Shown in pieces: positions 17,888 through 28,365 of a stretch of DNA of 64,000 nt. The stretch is taken from NCBI GenBank assembly GCA_963769895.1, contig CAVYNJ010000004.1, positions 5,882 through 69,881 on the forward strand. Reading direction: 5' to 3'. The notes under the pieces are model-generated. The model saw only the letters and a list, made by a program, of their open reading frames with translations, had not been told where the DNA came from and ran no database searches. This stretch comes from an uncultured Gammaproteobacteria bacterium (GTDB lineage: Bacteria > Pseudomonadota > Gammaproteobacteria > Steroidobacterales > Steroidobacteraceae). The position numbers and the translations under genes are program-made. Numbering within the stretch: the stretch's first letter is position 1; each line of letters begins with the position of its first letter.

Positions 17888-20071
17888 ATGACACCACGAT
17901 CACTCGCCGCGATGCGCCCCACCCGGCGTGAGTTTCTGAAAACCGCTGGTTCCGTAACCACGATGGCGTTGACCATCGGGTTCGAATGGATGGGGCCGGC
18001 CCGCCGCGCGGTGGCCGCGGGCGCCGGTCCCGCGGTGTTCGCCCCCAATGCGTTTTTGCGCATTGGCGCGGACGGCAGCGTGACGGTGATCTCCAAGCAT
18101 CTCGAAATGGGGCAAGGCTCCTATACGGGCATCGCGACCGTGCTTGCCGAAGAGCTCGATGCCGACTGGACCCACGTACGCGTCGAAAGCGCACCGGCGA
18201 ACGTGAAACTCTATGCCAATTTGGCGTTCGGCATGCAAGGCACCGGGGGCAGCTCCGCGATGGCCAATTCTTGGTCGCAGCTGCGCGAAGCCGGCGCCAA
18301 GGGGCGCGCGATGTTGCTTGCGGCGGCTGCCAAGGAATGGAAGGTGCCCGAGGCGGAGCTGACCACCGACAAATGCGTCGTCTACCATGCCGCGAGCAAA
18401 CGCGAAGCGAGCTATGGTTCGCTCGCGGCCAAAGCTGCGGCGCTGCCGGTCCCCGACAAGGTGGCGCTCAAGGATCCCAAGGATTTCAAGCTGATCGGGC
18501 GGCACCGGCGCCGCGTCGACGTGCCTGCAAAGGTCGACGGCACCGCTCAATTCACGTTGGATGTGGCTTTGCCCGGGATGCTCATCGCCTTGCTCAAACG
18601 GCCGCCGCTCTTTGGTGCGACGGTCAAATCCTTCGATCCGGCGGCAGCGATCGCCGTGCCGGGCGTCGTCAAGGTCGTCCAGGTGCCGCACGGCGTTGCC
18701 GTGGTCGCCAAGGGTTTTTGGGCGGCCAAGAAGGGCCGCGACGCGCTGGTCGTGGAGTGGGACGACACTCAGGCGGAAATACGCAGCTCCTCGGAAATTA
18801 TGAGTGAATACCGGCATCTCGCTGAGCAACCCGCGGCCTCTGCTCGCAAGGTAGGCGATGCGCTCCCCGCGATCCGACAGGCGGCCGAGAAGCTATCCGC
18901 GACCTACGAGTTTCCTTATCTCGCGCATGCGCCGATGGAGCCGCTCGATGCCGTCGTCAAGCTCACCCCAACCAGTTGCGAAATTTGGGCGGGCGATCAA
19001 TTTCAAACGTTCGATCAAGCGAATGCCGCCAAGACGGCCGGACTGGAGCCGCAGCAAGTCAGCATTCATACGCTCTACGCGGGCGGCAGTTTCGGCCGGC
19101 GCGCCAATGTCTGGTCCGACTACATCGTCGAGGCGGTATCGATCGCGAAGGCCTACGGCGCCGAAGGCACGCCGATCAAGCTGCAGTGGACGCGTGAGGA
19201 CGATTTGCACGGAGGCCTGTTTCGACCGATGTACTATCACAAGCTCGAGGCCGGCTTAAATGAAAAGAAGGAACTGGTCGGTTGGCGGCACGTGATTGTT
19301 GGCCAATCGATCATGAGCGGCGGACCGCTCGAGGTCATGGTCAAGAACGGCATCGACCCGACATCGGTCGAGGGTGCCGCGACGATTGCCTATGACATCC
19401 CCAATATCGACGTTGAGCTGGCAACTACCAAGACCGGCGTCCCGGTGCTGTGGTGGCGCGTGGTCGGCAGCTCGCACACGACGTTCGCGGTCGAGGCGTT
19501 CATTGATGAGGTCGCGCACGCCGCCGGCAAGGATCCGTTCACGTTCCGCCGCGATCTGCTTGCGCACGAGCCGCGCATGAAGGCTGTCTTGGAGGTCGCG
19601 GCCGAGAAAGCGGGATGGAGCAATGCCCCACTACCTGCGGGCAAGGGCCGCGGCATTGCGGTCGGCGAAGCCTTCAAGACCTTCGTAGCGCAGGTCGCCG
19701 AAGTCACTGTCGATGCCGCGGGGCAGGTGAGCGTGGATCGCGTCGTCTGCGCGGTCGATTGCGGAATCGCGATCAATCCCGATGTGATCGTGGCGCAGAT
19801 GGAAGGCGGCATCGGCTTCGGCTTGAGCGCGGTCCTATACGGGGCAATCACCCTGAAGAACGGCCGCGTTGAACAGGATAACTTTAATAATTATCGCGTT
19901 CTGCGTATCAACGAAATGCCGAAGATCGAGGTGCACATCGTGCCCTCGGGCGAAGCACCCACGGGCGTCGGCGAACCGGGCGTGGCGCCGATCGGACCGG
20001 CCGTGGCCAATGCGATTTTCGCCGCGACCGGCAAGCGTGTTCACGTGCTGCCATTCGCGAAGTCCGTCTAG
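17888..20071 (+). CDS. molybdopterin-binding large subunit (IorB / xanthine-dehydrogenase family), Tat-exported
   Basis: Tat motif '[11 protein letters not shown]'. 727 aa, with an aldehyde-oxidase/xanthine-dehydrogenase-type body. The start is 4 nt after the small-subunit stop. Confidence 0.9.
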   Translation: MTPRSLAAMRPTRREFLKTAGSVTTMALTIGFEWMGPARRAVAAGAGPAVFAPNAFLRIGADGSVTVISKHLEMGQGSYTGIATVLAEELDADWTHVRVESAPANVKLYANLAFGMQGTGGSSAMANSWSQLREAGAKGRAMLLAAAAKEWKVPEAELTTDKCVVYHAASKREASYGSLAAKAAALPVPDKVALKDPKDFKLIGRHRRRVDVPAKVDGTAQFTLDVALPGMLIALLKRPPLFGATVKSFDPAAAIAVPGVVKVVQVPHGVAVVAKGFWAAKKGRDALVVEWDDTQAEIRSSSEIMSEYRHLAEQPAASARKVGDALPAIRQAAEKLSATYEFPYLAHAPMEPLDAVVKLTPTSCEIWAGDQFQTFDQANAAKTAGLEPQQVSIHTLYAGGSFGRRANVWSDYIVEAVSIAKAYGAEGTPIKLQWTREDDLHGGLFRPMYYHKLEAGLNEKKELVGWRHVIVGQSIMSGGPLEVMVKNGIDPTSVEGAATIAYDIPNIDVELATTKTGVPVLWWRVVGSSHTTFAVEAFIDEVAHAAGKDPFTFRRDLLAHEPRMKAVLEVAAEKAGWSNAPLPAGKGRGIAVGEAFKTFVAQVAEVTVDAAGQVSVDRVVCAVDCGIAINPDVIVAQMEGGIGFGLSAVLYGAITLKNGRVEQDNFNNYRVLRINEMPKIEVHIVPSGEAPTGVGEPGVAPIGPAVANAIFAATGKRVHVLPFAKSV

Positions 20072-20092
20072 AACTGCCCCGAGGTCTTTGCC

Positions 20093-21448
20093 ATGACGAG
20101 AGCCAAGAACAGCGGTCGAGTGGACCATCCGATACTTTGGACGCTGTGCGTGTTGGTATTGGCTGCGGTAGCTTTCGCGGGCTATTTGGCGCTCGGACCG
20201 GGTCCGACCGCGTTTGCGAAAGGGACCCGCGTCGCGCTCGCGAACTATCGCGATGCCGATCCGACCGGCGTCCCCGACGAACTTAAGTCGGCAAGTCTCG
20301 TCGAGCGCGGCGAATATTTGACGCGTGCGGCGGATTGCATGGCCTGCCACACGGCCAGCGGCGGGGTCCCGTTCGCCGGTGGCCGCGCGTTCGTCTTGCC
20401 GTTCGGGACGCTCTACTCGACCAATATCACGCCCGATATCGAGACGGGGATCGGCAGCGATTCTGACACGGATTTCCTCAGTGCACTGCACGAGGGCATA
20501 GGCCGCGGCAACAGGAGACTCTATCCGGCGATGCCGTACGCCAGCTACACCTACATGTCAGATGCCGACGCGCTCGCGATCAAGGCGTATCTGTTCACGC
20601 TCAAGCCGGTGAAGGCGCGGGCACCTCAGAACACGCTGGTATTTCCGTTCAACCAGCGAAGTCTCATGAAGGTCTGGTCGGCACTATTTAATCCGGACGA
20701 GCGCTATGAACCCAATGTCGAGCGCAACGCCGCCTGGAACCGGGGCGCCTACCTCGCCGAGGCCATGGGTCACTGCGGCGAATGCCATACACCACGCAAC
20801 TTCGCCTTTGCCTTGAACAATCGGCAGAAATTCGCCGGGTCGGTCCAAGCTGGCTGGCGTGCCTACAACATCACACCCGATCGCAGCAGCGGTGTCGGAG
20901 CCTGGAGCGATGAGGATCTATTGCACTATCTATCGAGCGGACATGCGGCAGGCAGGGGTACGGCCTCAGGTCCCATGGGCGAGGCTGTCGATGACAGCCT
21001 CAAGCATCTCAAGGCAAGCGATCTCGCGGCTGTCGTGAGCTATCTGCGCACGGTGCCGGGCGTTGCCGCCGGGGATCTGCCGGAGCCTCGAACTACTCCG
21101 GCGGCCGCTACGTTTGCGAGGGTCGCCATAGAGCCGCGCGGCAGGGCGGTCTACGAAGGTGCTTGTGTCGGTTGCCACGGCTGGTCGGGTATCAGTCCCG
21201 CAATCGCCGTGGCCAATCTTACGGGCACGCGTTCCGTCAACGACGCGACCGCGATCAATGTCGCTGAGGTCGTCATCCGCGGCGGGGAACGGCAGGCGGA
21301 TGCAGGGCCGTCGAATATGCCGGCCTTCGGTAGCACGTACTCGGACGCCGAGATAGCAAGCGTTGCGAATTACGTGACCGCGCGGTTCGGGGCCACGAAA
21401 TCAAATCTGACGGCGGCCCAGGTCGCCAGATTGCGAACGCAGGAATAG
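20093..21448 (+). CDS. tri-haem cytochrome c subunit
   Basis: An N-terminal TM anchor plus three CxxCH motifs (CMACH, CGECH, CVGCH). This matches the cytochrome subunit of membrane-bound aldehyde/alcohol dehydrogenases. Confidence 0.85.
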   Translation: MTRAKNSGRVDHPILWTLCVLVLAAVAFAGYLALGPGPTAFAKGTRVALANYRDADPTGVPDELKSASLVERGEYLTRAADCMACHTASGGVPFAGGRAFVLPFGTLYSTNITPDIETGIGSDSDTDFLSALHEGIGRGNRRLYPAMPYASYTYMSDADALAIKAYLFTLKPVKARAPQNTLVFPFNQRSLMKVWSALFNPDERYEPNVERNAAWNRGAYLAEAMGHCGECHTPRNFAFALNNRQKFAGSVQAGWRAYNITPDRSSGVGAWSDEDLLHYLSSGHAAGRGTASGPMGEAVDDSLKHLKASDLAAVVSYLRTVPGVAAGDLPEPRTTPAAATFARVAIEPRGRAVYEGACVGCHGWSGISPAIAVANLTGTRSVNDATAINVAEVVIRGGERQADAGPSNMPAFGSTYSDAEIASVANYVTARFGATKSNLTAAQVARLRTQE

Positions 21449-21582
21449 ACGAATATCTATGGCACCCCCAGTAACTCACTTTGACGCATGAATTGTCTGA
21501 GGATGCCTCGGCGCGGATGTCACCCGGCGAGTCGATTCGCCGACGCACCTTGATCTTTGCGAGCTCACGGACGGCAGCGCAA

Positions 21583-22089
21583 TCACAGGGCATGCACCGA
21601 GGTCGTATCAATGCCTGTGAAGGCATTGAGCGTGTTGCGAAATCTGTTGCGCGCAATGAGGCGGCGGCTGCCGATATCGATCGTCATTCGCCCGGCGGTA
21701 AGGTCCAGGTGGTCGCCGGTCGAAGGCGCGTCGCTGAAGCGTGCACCCAGATAGGTCTGCAAGGGCTCGAAGGTATTGACGGAGTCGGCACTGAGCGGCG
21801 TTCCCGAATCGGCGAGCTGTTGACGGGAGTCCTCCAACTCGACATCCGCATAAAATCGATCGACATTGGCGCGCACGTTCAGCAGCAAACGCTCGACCAG
21901 AATCTGATCGGAGCCCGTCGCTTTTGCACGGAATGGGCCGTCGAGCGACTCATAGCGTGCGCGGTAACTCCCGTCGACGCTGAACCAGTTGGGAGAATTT
22001 AGCGCTGTCCCGAGAAGCCATGGACTAAGCGCGTCAGCGGCATCGGCAGTGCGCGGTACAAGCGCGAAGGCTAGGATTGCCGCGACCAT
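21583..22089 (-). pseudogene. alginate-export (AlgE-like) porin, N-terminal ~170 aa only
   Basis: A signal peptide plus 'WFSVDGSYRARYESLDG...RLLLNVRANVDRFYADVELEDSR...RNRFRNTLNAFTGID' fits the start of alginate_exp family barrels. Those are about 450 aa, and this frame stops after 168 aa. Confidence 0.55.
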
Positions 22090-22779
22090 GCAATATTGAA
22101 GGATGTCTTCCTAGAACACGCCATCATCTCGTTATATTCAATGGTATATGGCGGCTTATGCCATACCTAGCCGGCACCGCAAGTGCGGAGCTCGAAGACT
22201 CGATTTGGTAATTGACCGTGGCATCTCGTAGGAACAACGCATGCCGTGGAAGCCGCAAACCCTTCTATCACCGGTTGTCGCGAGCATGGGTTGCTGGCTC
22301 GAGAAACATGCAGACGCGTTGATCGAATTTCTGGAAGCCGAGAATCACTGCTTCGCGCGAGGCTTAGCCGAAGACGATTCGCGTTTATTGACCCGGATCG
22401 TTGGATTCTCGAGGTGCTAACCAAGGAAATCGGATCAAAGGCGCCTGGAGAACTCGACCCGCTCGTCTCCCATGTCACGTTTAAATGCGTTGGCATCGGG
22501 ATTTGGTCGCGCGGAAATGGGCGCTTGTCTAACGTCGCAGCGCTGGAGGGCATCGCACAAGGATCGTCATCGTACAACTCATCGTACGAGTGGCTCATGA
22601 GAATCCCGACTGCGGCCACACTCGCATAAATGCGGAGCACATCTGCAACGACTCGGCCTTGAGGTCGATTTGCGCTAACCGGACGGTTTCGAAGTCGCCA
22701 GAATGAATTAACAGCCAAGCGCAAGCCCAACACGAGCTAGAATGCCTGCGTTCCTTCTCACCGCCGTCGGCGACTGACA

Positions 22780-23226
22780 ATGACAAAACCCATGACACAT
22801 CGACGAGCGGCTGGAACCGAAGCACAATTTCTAGGGCACCTGGGGTTGGGCCCGCTCGAGACTAAGGTACTCGAATTGCTTTGGGCGCGAGACGGCGCTG
22901 CGACTGTACATGACGCCCATCTCGCGTTCCCCGAGCTTGCGTATACGACGTTGATGACCACGCTGGATCGCCTCTATCGCAAAGGAGTGCTGCTGCGGCG
23001 CCGACGCGGACGGGCGTTCGTTTACGAGCCGCGGTGCTCGCAGGTGGATTTGCTTGGCGAAAAGGTGACGACTCAGGTCGCGGATTTTCTGGCCGCATCG
23101 GGCGCCGATAACGTCCTGCTGTCGACGTTGGTCCGCATCGTGGGGCGCCAAGATGCCGCACTGCTCGATGAGCTGGAAACGCTCGTTCAAGCCGAGCGCA
23201 AGCGGCTCAAAATGGAGGACACGTGA
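22780..23226 (+). CDS. BlaI/MecI/CopY-family transcriptional repressor
   Basis: 'LGPLETKVLELLWARDGAATVHDAHL...AYTTLMTTLDRLYRKGVLLRRRRGRAFVYEP'. Confidence 0.85.
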   Translation: MTKPMTHRRAAGTEAQFLGHLGLGPLETKVLELLWARDGAATVHDAHLAFPELAYTTLMTTLDRLYRKGVLLRRRRGRAFVYEPRCSQVDLLGEKVTTQVADFLAASGADNVLLSTLVRIVGRQDAALLDELETLVQAERKRLKMEDT

Positions 23227-24161
23227 GTTTCGCCGGGATGCTCTGTCTCGTATTGGCTGCCGCTTACGGGCTTAACTGCCTCGTGCTATCGATCCTGATT
23301 GCCGTCGCCTGGCGAGCGTGCGGCAGACGCATAGGCTCGAGCGCGGACGGTCTTCTTGCGGCGCGATTGCTGCCTCCCGCAGGCGCTGCGCTGCTGACGC
23401 TGTCCCTCGTGTTGCCTGCTTTCTTGATCTACGAGCCAACCCGCGAGTTCGAACGGCCCGGACCGGTCATCCTGGCGCTGGTGCTGCTGGCCGTCGTCGC
23501 CATCGGCGCCGGTGTCGCACGCGGGTGGCGGGCGTGCGCGGTGGCTCGAGAGCTGCTTCGCCAATTTGAGGGCGTCAATCGCCGGCTGCGATCGGCCGGC
23601 AGCCAATTCGACATTGTCGACCTCCCGGAACCGATCGTTGCGGTCATCGGCGGGTGGCGGCCGCGCATCGTGGCGGCCCGCAGCGTACTCACGGTCTGCA
23701 GCGGCAAGGAGTTTCGCCAGGTCATCGCACACGAAGCCGCGCATGTTTCGACGCGAGACAATTTGAAGCTTCTTCTAATGATCATCAGTCCCGATGTTCT
23801 GGCGTGGCTGCCGAGCGGCGCCGCGTTGACGGCTCGCTGGCGGGCCGCCGCCGAGTGCGAGGCGGATGAGCGCGCCTCCGGTTCGGATCCACGCAAGCGC
23901 GTTGCGCTTGCATCGGCGCTAATCAAAATCGCGCGGCTGGCGGGCGATGCCGGCCGGCCGCCGGCCGCCCTCAGCATGCCCGTCGCGGCCGATGATGTGG
24001 AATCCCGAGTGCGACGATTGCTGTTGCCGCCAGCGGACGCACCCCGAAGATCCTTGATTCGAGGTTTGATGATAGTCGCGTTGCTGATGCCCATTGCCGC
24101 TTTGCCATTCTACGCGCTCGTGCATCGAATCATCGAAGCGTTCGTCGCATTCGGTCTCTGA
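23223..24161 (+). CDS. M56-family (BlaR1-like) membrane metalloprotease / signal transducer without a penicillin-binding domain
   Basis: The GTG start overlaps the blaI-like stop. Several TM helices and the zinc motif 'VIAHEAAHVSTRDNLK'. Confidence 0.8.
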   Translation: MSFAGMLCLVLAAAYGLNCLVLSILIAVAWRACGRRIGSSADGLLAARLLPPAGAALLTLSLVLPAFLIYEPTREFERPGPVILALVLLAVVAIGAGVARGWRACAVARELLRQFEGVNRRLRSAGSQFDIVDLPEPIVAVIGGWRPRIVAARSVLTVCSGKEFRQVIAHEAAHVSTRDNLKLLLMIISPDVLAWLPSGAALTARWRAAAECEADERASGSDPRKRVALASALIKIARLAGDAGRPPAALSMPVAADDVESRVRRLLLPPADAPRRSLIRGLMIVALLMPIAALPFYALVHRIIEAFVAFGL

Positions 24162-24176
24162 TCCGCCGGGCCGACC

Positions 24177-26291
24177 TCAGCGCCACGCATAGCCGATGCG
24201 CAGCCACAACATTCTCGCGGGAAGTAGATAGAATGACTCGCTGCCGAACTCGCTCGAAGTCACGGGCGGTCTCTGGTTCGTTAAGTTGGTTCCCTCGAGC
24301 CATGCGCGCGTGCGGCCCCAGCCGTAGCCGACTGTGGCGTCGATCGTCGTATAGCCGCCAACCGGTGCGGTGTTTTCTTCATCAAGATAGCGCCGGCCGA
24401 CATACCTTGCGACCACTGTCGAATTCAAGCCGTTTTTTGGCGTGTAGAGGATTCCGGCCGATGCGAGGACGTGTGGGGACAGCGTCAGCTGATTGCCGCC
24501 GACGTTGACGCTCGTGAGGCCATCGAAGAACAAATATTGAGTGAAGCGGGCATCGTGATACGAGGCGCTCGCGGCGAGCGCGAGATCGTCTGCGAGCTGA
24601 TAACGGCTCTCCACTTCGATGCCCTTGAGCCGTTCTCCGGCGGCATTCGCGAGCGCCCCGGAACTGGTTGCGACCACAAGGTTGTTGAAGTTCAGCCAGA
24701 AAAGCTCGGCCTGGTAGCTCAGGCGGCCATTCGCGGCCGCGCCCTTGATGCCCGCTTCAGTGCTTTGCGCGGTTTCCGGGCTCAACAGATCCGGCGTGTA
24801 GTCGGGACCGAAGTCGATCGCGGACGGTTTGAAGGCATTCCTGAAGTCGATGTAAACGACGAACTCGTCCTTGCCGTCGATCCACGGCCGATAGCTCACG
24901 CCGAGGGTCTCGGTGGGCCGGATCATGGTCTTGCTGACGCTTGCTGATGAAAGCTGCGGCGGCGGCAGTACCAGGTCGCTCGAATCCTTATGTTCGTAGG
25001 CATCGTTGAGCCGTAAGCCACCGTTCACGTCCCAACGACTGTTCGGCTTCCAGTCGAACTGCATGTACATTCCTGAAAACCAGCGCCGGTCGTTTACGGT
25101 TCCGATTTCATTGACCGGTATTACCGATGTCGCCGGCGGCAAGACCGATCCGTCGAGCGGCACGGTATAGGCGTCATTGCCGTTCAACGTGGTCTGCCGC
25201 CCGTGGCCGTAGAGGAGGTCTGCGCCGACGATAACGGTCGTGTCAGTGGCGAGAGCGTGCGTCAGATGGCTGTCGAAATAGCCGTCGTCGATATAGCGTC
25301 GCTGGTTTTGCGTATCCGCCGTGCCAGTCAGATCCGGATGCAGAAAGGCGCGAATGTCCGTGATGTCGGAGTAAGCAAATGACGCTATCGAGTCCCACGC
25401 ACCCCAGGCCGTGGGCAATGAATAGCCGAGCGCCAAGTGAATTTTGTCTTCATCGATCCGCGCATCCGCTGGATTGAAGTTGGCGTTGATGGGTGTCGCG
25501 GCCGTCAGCCCGGAGCCGAAGCGAGCGACCGGACTGGGCGGCAGGTCCCGTACCGACGTGAATTCCGCATCGATCCGTAAGGTGCCGGCGCCAAGGTCGG
25601 CTGCGCCCCGATAGAGAACGTGTTTGTTGGAAACGACCTCCCGCGCATCTGCAAAACCCAGATTCTGTCCGTCAACGGCGAGCGATTGGCGATACGCGGC
25701 GGTACGCGGCAGCACCACAGAGGCAGACCCAGTGATCGAGCCATAGCTCCCGAATGCGAGGTCGGCTTCGTCCGCGGCTTGCCCTGCCGGATAATGAAGC
25801 GCCTGGACGACGCCGACGAACGAAGTGGCTCCGTAAAGCACCGGGGCCGCGCCCTTCAGGATTTCGACGCGCTGTACATCATTGAAATCTAGTGTGGTGA
25901 TCCCGGGGTTGAAGGCGCCGCCCCAGGGAACACCGTCCACGACCAGTAGGAATGCATCGAATTCGTGCAGTCCCCAGAATGAGGGCACGGCACTCGATGG
26001 TCCGGCGTCACCCCCCGCAGGCGCCTCGACGCCCGGCACGAGACTCAGCGCAGAGGCCATGTCTCGTGCATCACGTGCGGCCAACTCCTTACCCGAGACA
26101 ACGTCAATGGACGCAGGTATTTGGTCGACCGTCTCGGGAATACGCGTCGCGGTGACTACGATCTGGTCGAGGCCTTCGGATTGGGCTCGCGGGGCAATAG
26201 ACATGATGCCAGCAATGGCGCACGCGGCCGCCCGGGCGAACCCGCGGCGCTTTAATTTCACGAATTCGTGTTTGGCGTTGAGCATGAGCAA
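24177..26291 (-). CDS. TonB-dependent receptor
   Basis: Signal peptide, plug region 'DQIVVTATRIPE...ASIDVVSG', and a long beta-barrel with the alternating pattern. Confidence 0.85.
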   Translation of the reverse strand: MLMLNAKHEFVKLKRRGFARAAACAIAGIMSIAPRAQSEGLDQIVVTATRIPETVDQIPASIDVVSGKELAARDARDMASALSLVPGVEAPAGGDAGPSSAVPSFWGLHEFDAFLLVVDGVPWGGAFNPGITTLDFNDVQRVEILKGAAPVLYGATSFVGVVQALHYPAGQAADEADLAFGSYGSITGSASVVLPRTAAYRQSLAVDGQNLGFADAREVVSNKHVLYRGAADLGAGTLRIDAEFTSVRDLPPSPVARFGSGLTAATPINANFNPADARIDEDKIHLALGYSLPTAWGAWDSIASFAYSDITDIRAFLHPDLTGTADTQNQRRYIDDGYFDSHLTHALATDTTVIVGADLLYGHGRQTTLNGNDAYTVPLDGSVLPPATSVIPVNEIGTVNDRRWFSGMYMQFDWKPNSRWDVNGGLRLNDAYEHKDSSDLVLPPPQLSSASVSKTMIRPTETLGVSYRPWIDGKDEFVVYIDFRNAFKPSAIDFGPDYTPDLLSPETAQSTEAGIKGAAANGRLSYQAELFWLNFNNLVVATSSGALANAAGERLKGIEVESRYQLADDLALAASASYHDARFTQYLFFDGLTSVNVGGNQLTLSPHVLASAGILYTPKNGLNSTVVARYVGRRYLDEENTAPVGGYTTIDATVGYGWGRTRAWLEGTNLTNQRPPVTSSEFGSESFYLLPARMLWLRIGYAWR

Positions 26292-26519
26292 TGTCGTCTC
26301 TACGGTATCGTGCTACGGCGCGCTGCGGAAAACGCGGCCACTGACAACGAGAGCCGAGCCAGCGGTCATTCGGCACCCAGGGTCGCGCGATGCTCGGCGC
26401 AAAGCCCGTTCCTCGCTGCGAGCGCTAACGGACAGTCTAGGCAGTCTCATCGTATTACTACCAGCGATCGTAACTATGGTGAGATCGGACAGCACCGTTA
26501 CTTGTGAGGTCGGTGGGCG

Positions 26520-26920
26520 ATGGTCGCCGATTTGAGGCCGATGCGCGCGTTGCTCGCGATTCTCAGTTGCGCTGCCTGCCATCGCCCGCGTCATCCCGCG
26601 AATAACCACGATGCGGCCGGATACGTACGATCCGGTATTATCGAACCCCATACCGATTTGCGCCTCCATGATCTCGGCCCCGGCTTGGCAGATCGAACGA
26701 TCGCAGGCGCAATCATGCCGCGGCGCGGGCGCGCGGTGCCCCATTGGGACCTCGACTTTCGCCTCGGCACCACGTGTGCGCCCTCTGTTCTGCGCGGTGA
26801 CCGTCCGGGTCGATCGAGGACGCGATCTTGTGGCATGATGAAGAGGATCGATCGGCGCGCGTGGAATTTGAGCGCTTGCCGGGCTCGCAGAGACTGAAAT
26901 TGTTGCTTTGGATAGGGCCC
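26520..26920 (+). pseudogene. C-terminal remnant of a DUF1111-type di-haem (thiol oxidoreductase-like) protein, multiple frameshifts
   Basis: A 'SCAACH' haem motif, then 'IEPHTDLRLHDLGPGLADR' in one frame. '...ILWHDEE...ARVEFERLPGSQRLKLLLWI' follows in another frame. The order of these pieces matches the C-terminal third of DUF1111 proteins. Confidence 0.5.
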
Positions 26921-26987
26921 ATTGAGCGACGCACTGCGGCGGGACGCTCATGGGCCGATCAGATGAATTTGATGGAGCACTATCGGT

Positions 26988-27473
26988 ATGCGAAAGACCC
27001 CATCGGTGCGGTTTCGCGTGGATCTTAGCGGGAATTGCGCCGTTGGTGTTGGGAAGGTCGAATTGCTGGAGGCAATCGCTTGCACCGGCTCGCTGTCTCA
27101 AGCCGCACGCGGGATCGGCATGAGCTATCGACGAGCATGGCTCCTGTTGGCGGATATGAACGTCAACTTCGGTCAGCCCATCGCCCGCACCAGCACCGGC
27201 GGGCGTGGCGGCGGCGGCGCGGAGCTGACGGGACTCGGTGCGAGCATTGTTAGCGGATACCGAAATCTGGAGTCGGAAATGCGGCCGCTCGCGCTGTCCT
27301 ATTTGAGGAAATTGAACAGGCATCTCACGGCCTCTCGCGCCAAGCCCATCGTCAACGCGTCCTCCATCGCGCGAAAGTCTGCGCTGAGACCACGACGGCG
27401 AACGAAATCGGCCAAGCTTCGCTGTCAGCGGTTACTTCTTAGCCTGTCGACGAATAGCGTTGAAATTGGCTAA
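26988..27473 (+). CDS. ModE-N-terminal-like winged-helix regulator
   Basis: 'GVGKVELLEAIACTGSLSQAARGIGMSYRRAWLLLADMN...TSTGGRGGGGAELTGLG' matches the ModE/LysR-type HTH of molybdate-regulator-like proteins. Confidence 0.65.
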   Translation: MRKTPSVRFRVDLSGNCAVGVGKVELLEAIACTGSLSQAARGIGMSYRRAWLLLADMNVNFGQPIARTSTGGRGGGGAELTGLGASIVSGYRNLESEMRPLALSYLRKLNRHLTASRAKPIVNASSIARKSALRPRRRTKSAKLRCQRLLLSLSTNSVEIG

Positions 27474-27710
27474 ATTCCCGCGGGCGCTCAGTGCGCGTGT
27501 GAACCGGCGCCGACTGTTTACCGGCGTCCAAATTGGAGGCCCGTTCACGGATAGGGAGATCGCGTAGAGGTTTTACCAACTCGGGAGTGAACGAAGGGCA
27601 TCAATCGCGCGCCGCTTGGAAGCCCTCACCCGCGGGCCGAGACGAATGATCAAGTTGGACAGCGAATGATTCGGGAGTCATGGGAATCTACCAGCAAAGG
27701 AGCAATCTCT

Positions 27711-28148
27711 ATGGATAGCATCAAGCCATTATTCACGGCGGTCGGTTCAGTGACCGGCGGGCGCAATGGTCACGGCGAAGCCGAGGACCATTCCGTTTCG
27801 GTGGATCTATCGGTGCCCAAGGCCATGGGCGGTCCCGGTCGACCAAATACGACCACGCCGGAACATCTGTTCGCGGTCGGGTACGCCGCCTGCTTCGGTG
27901 GCGCACTCGATTTTGTCGCAGTGCAGAGGAAGAGGAACGCCAAAGGAGCAACCGTCACCTGCAACGTGTCGATCGGTCCGCGCGATCTGGGCGGATTCGG
28001 CATCGCGGTGAAGCTGCACGTCAAAGACGCGACGCTACCGCAGGCAGAACTCGAGGCTCTCGTCCGCGAGGCGCACGACAAGATCTGTCCGTACTCGCAC
28101 GCTACGCGGAACAATGTTCCGGTCGAGCTTTCGGTCGAGGGCGGATAG
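27711..28148 (+). CDS. ohr: organic hydroperoxide resistance protein (Ohr/OsmC family)
   Basis: The ATG is preceded by AAAGGAG. 'PEHLFAVGYAACFGGAL' and 'ICPYSHATRNN' carry the two conserved Ohr cysteines. Confidence 0.85.
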   Translation: MDSIKPLFTAVGSVTGGRNGHGEAEDHSVSVDLSVPKAMGGPGRPNTTTPEHLFAVGYAACFGGALDFVAVQRKRNAKGATVTCNVSIGPRDLGGFGIAVKLHVKDATLPQAELEALVREAHDKICPYSHATRNNVPVELSVEGG

Positions 28149-28365
28149 TCGGTACTCGCTGTGGTCAAGTACGGCGATAGGGCTTTCGTGCGCAGATCAT
28201 CGAAGCCTGCGTCGCGCTCGCGACCGGCAGGCCCGAGTTAACGAACGACGCGCTACGTGCGTACTCGCCTTGCGGTTCTGCATCGGCGCAGCGCTGTGGC
28301 GATTTGAACGCCTGCAGAAGCCTCGTCTTGATCCGATCGAGTTCACGCGATGCCGATCCACAGAG

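Noticed and set aside
22167-22733. ORFs 22167-22733 (-) and 22246-22629 (+) in the gap upstream of blaI
   Set aside because: They overlap each other on opposite strands. Neither has motifs, a convincing start or RBS, or typical composition. I leave the 690-bp region as unexplained non-coding or degraded DNA.
26337-26343. GCCACTG 'B12-box'-like word upstream of the TonB receptor gene (cobalamin riboswitch?)
   Set aside because: It is on the wrong strand for the minus-strand receptor. The minus-strand leader lacks the other conserved cobalamin-riboswitch elements when read through.
26313-27323. 336-aa minus-strand ORF
   Set aside because: It is antisense to the ModE-like gene and to the DUF1111 remnant. 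It has no motifs and low-complexity composition.
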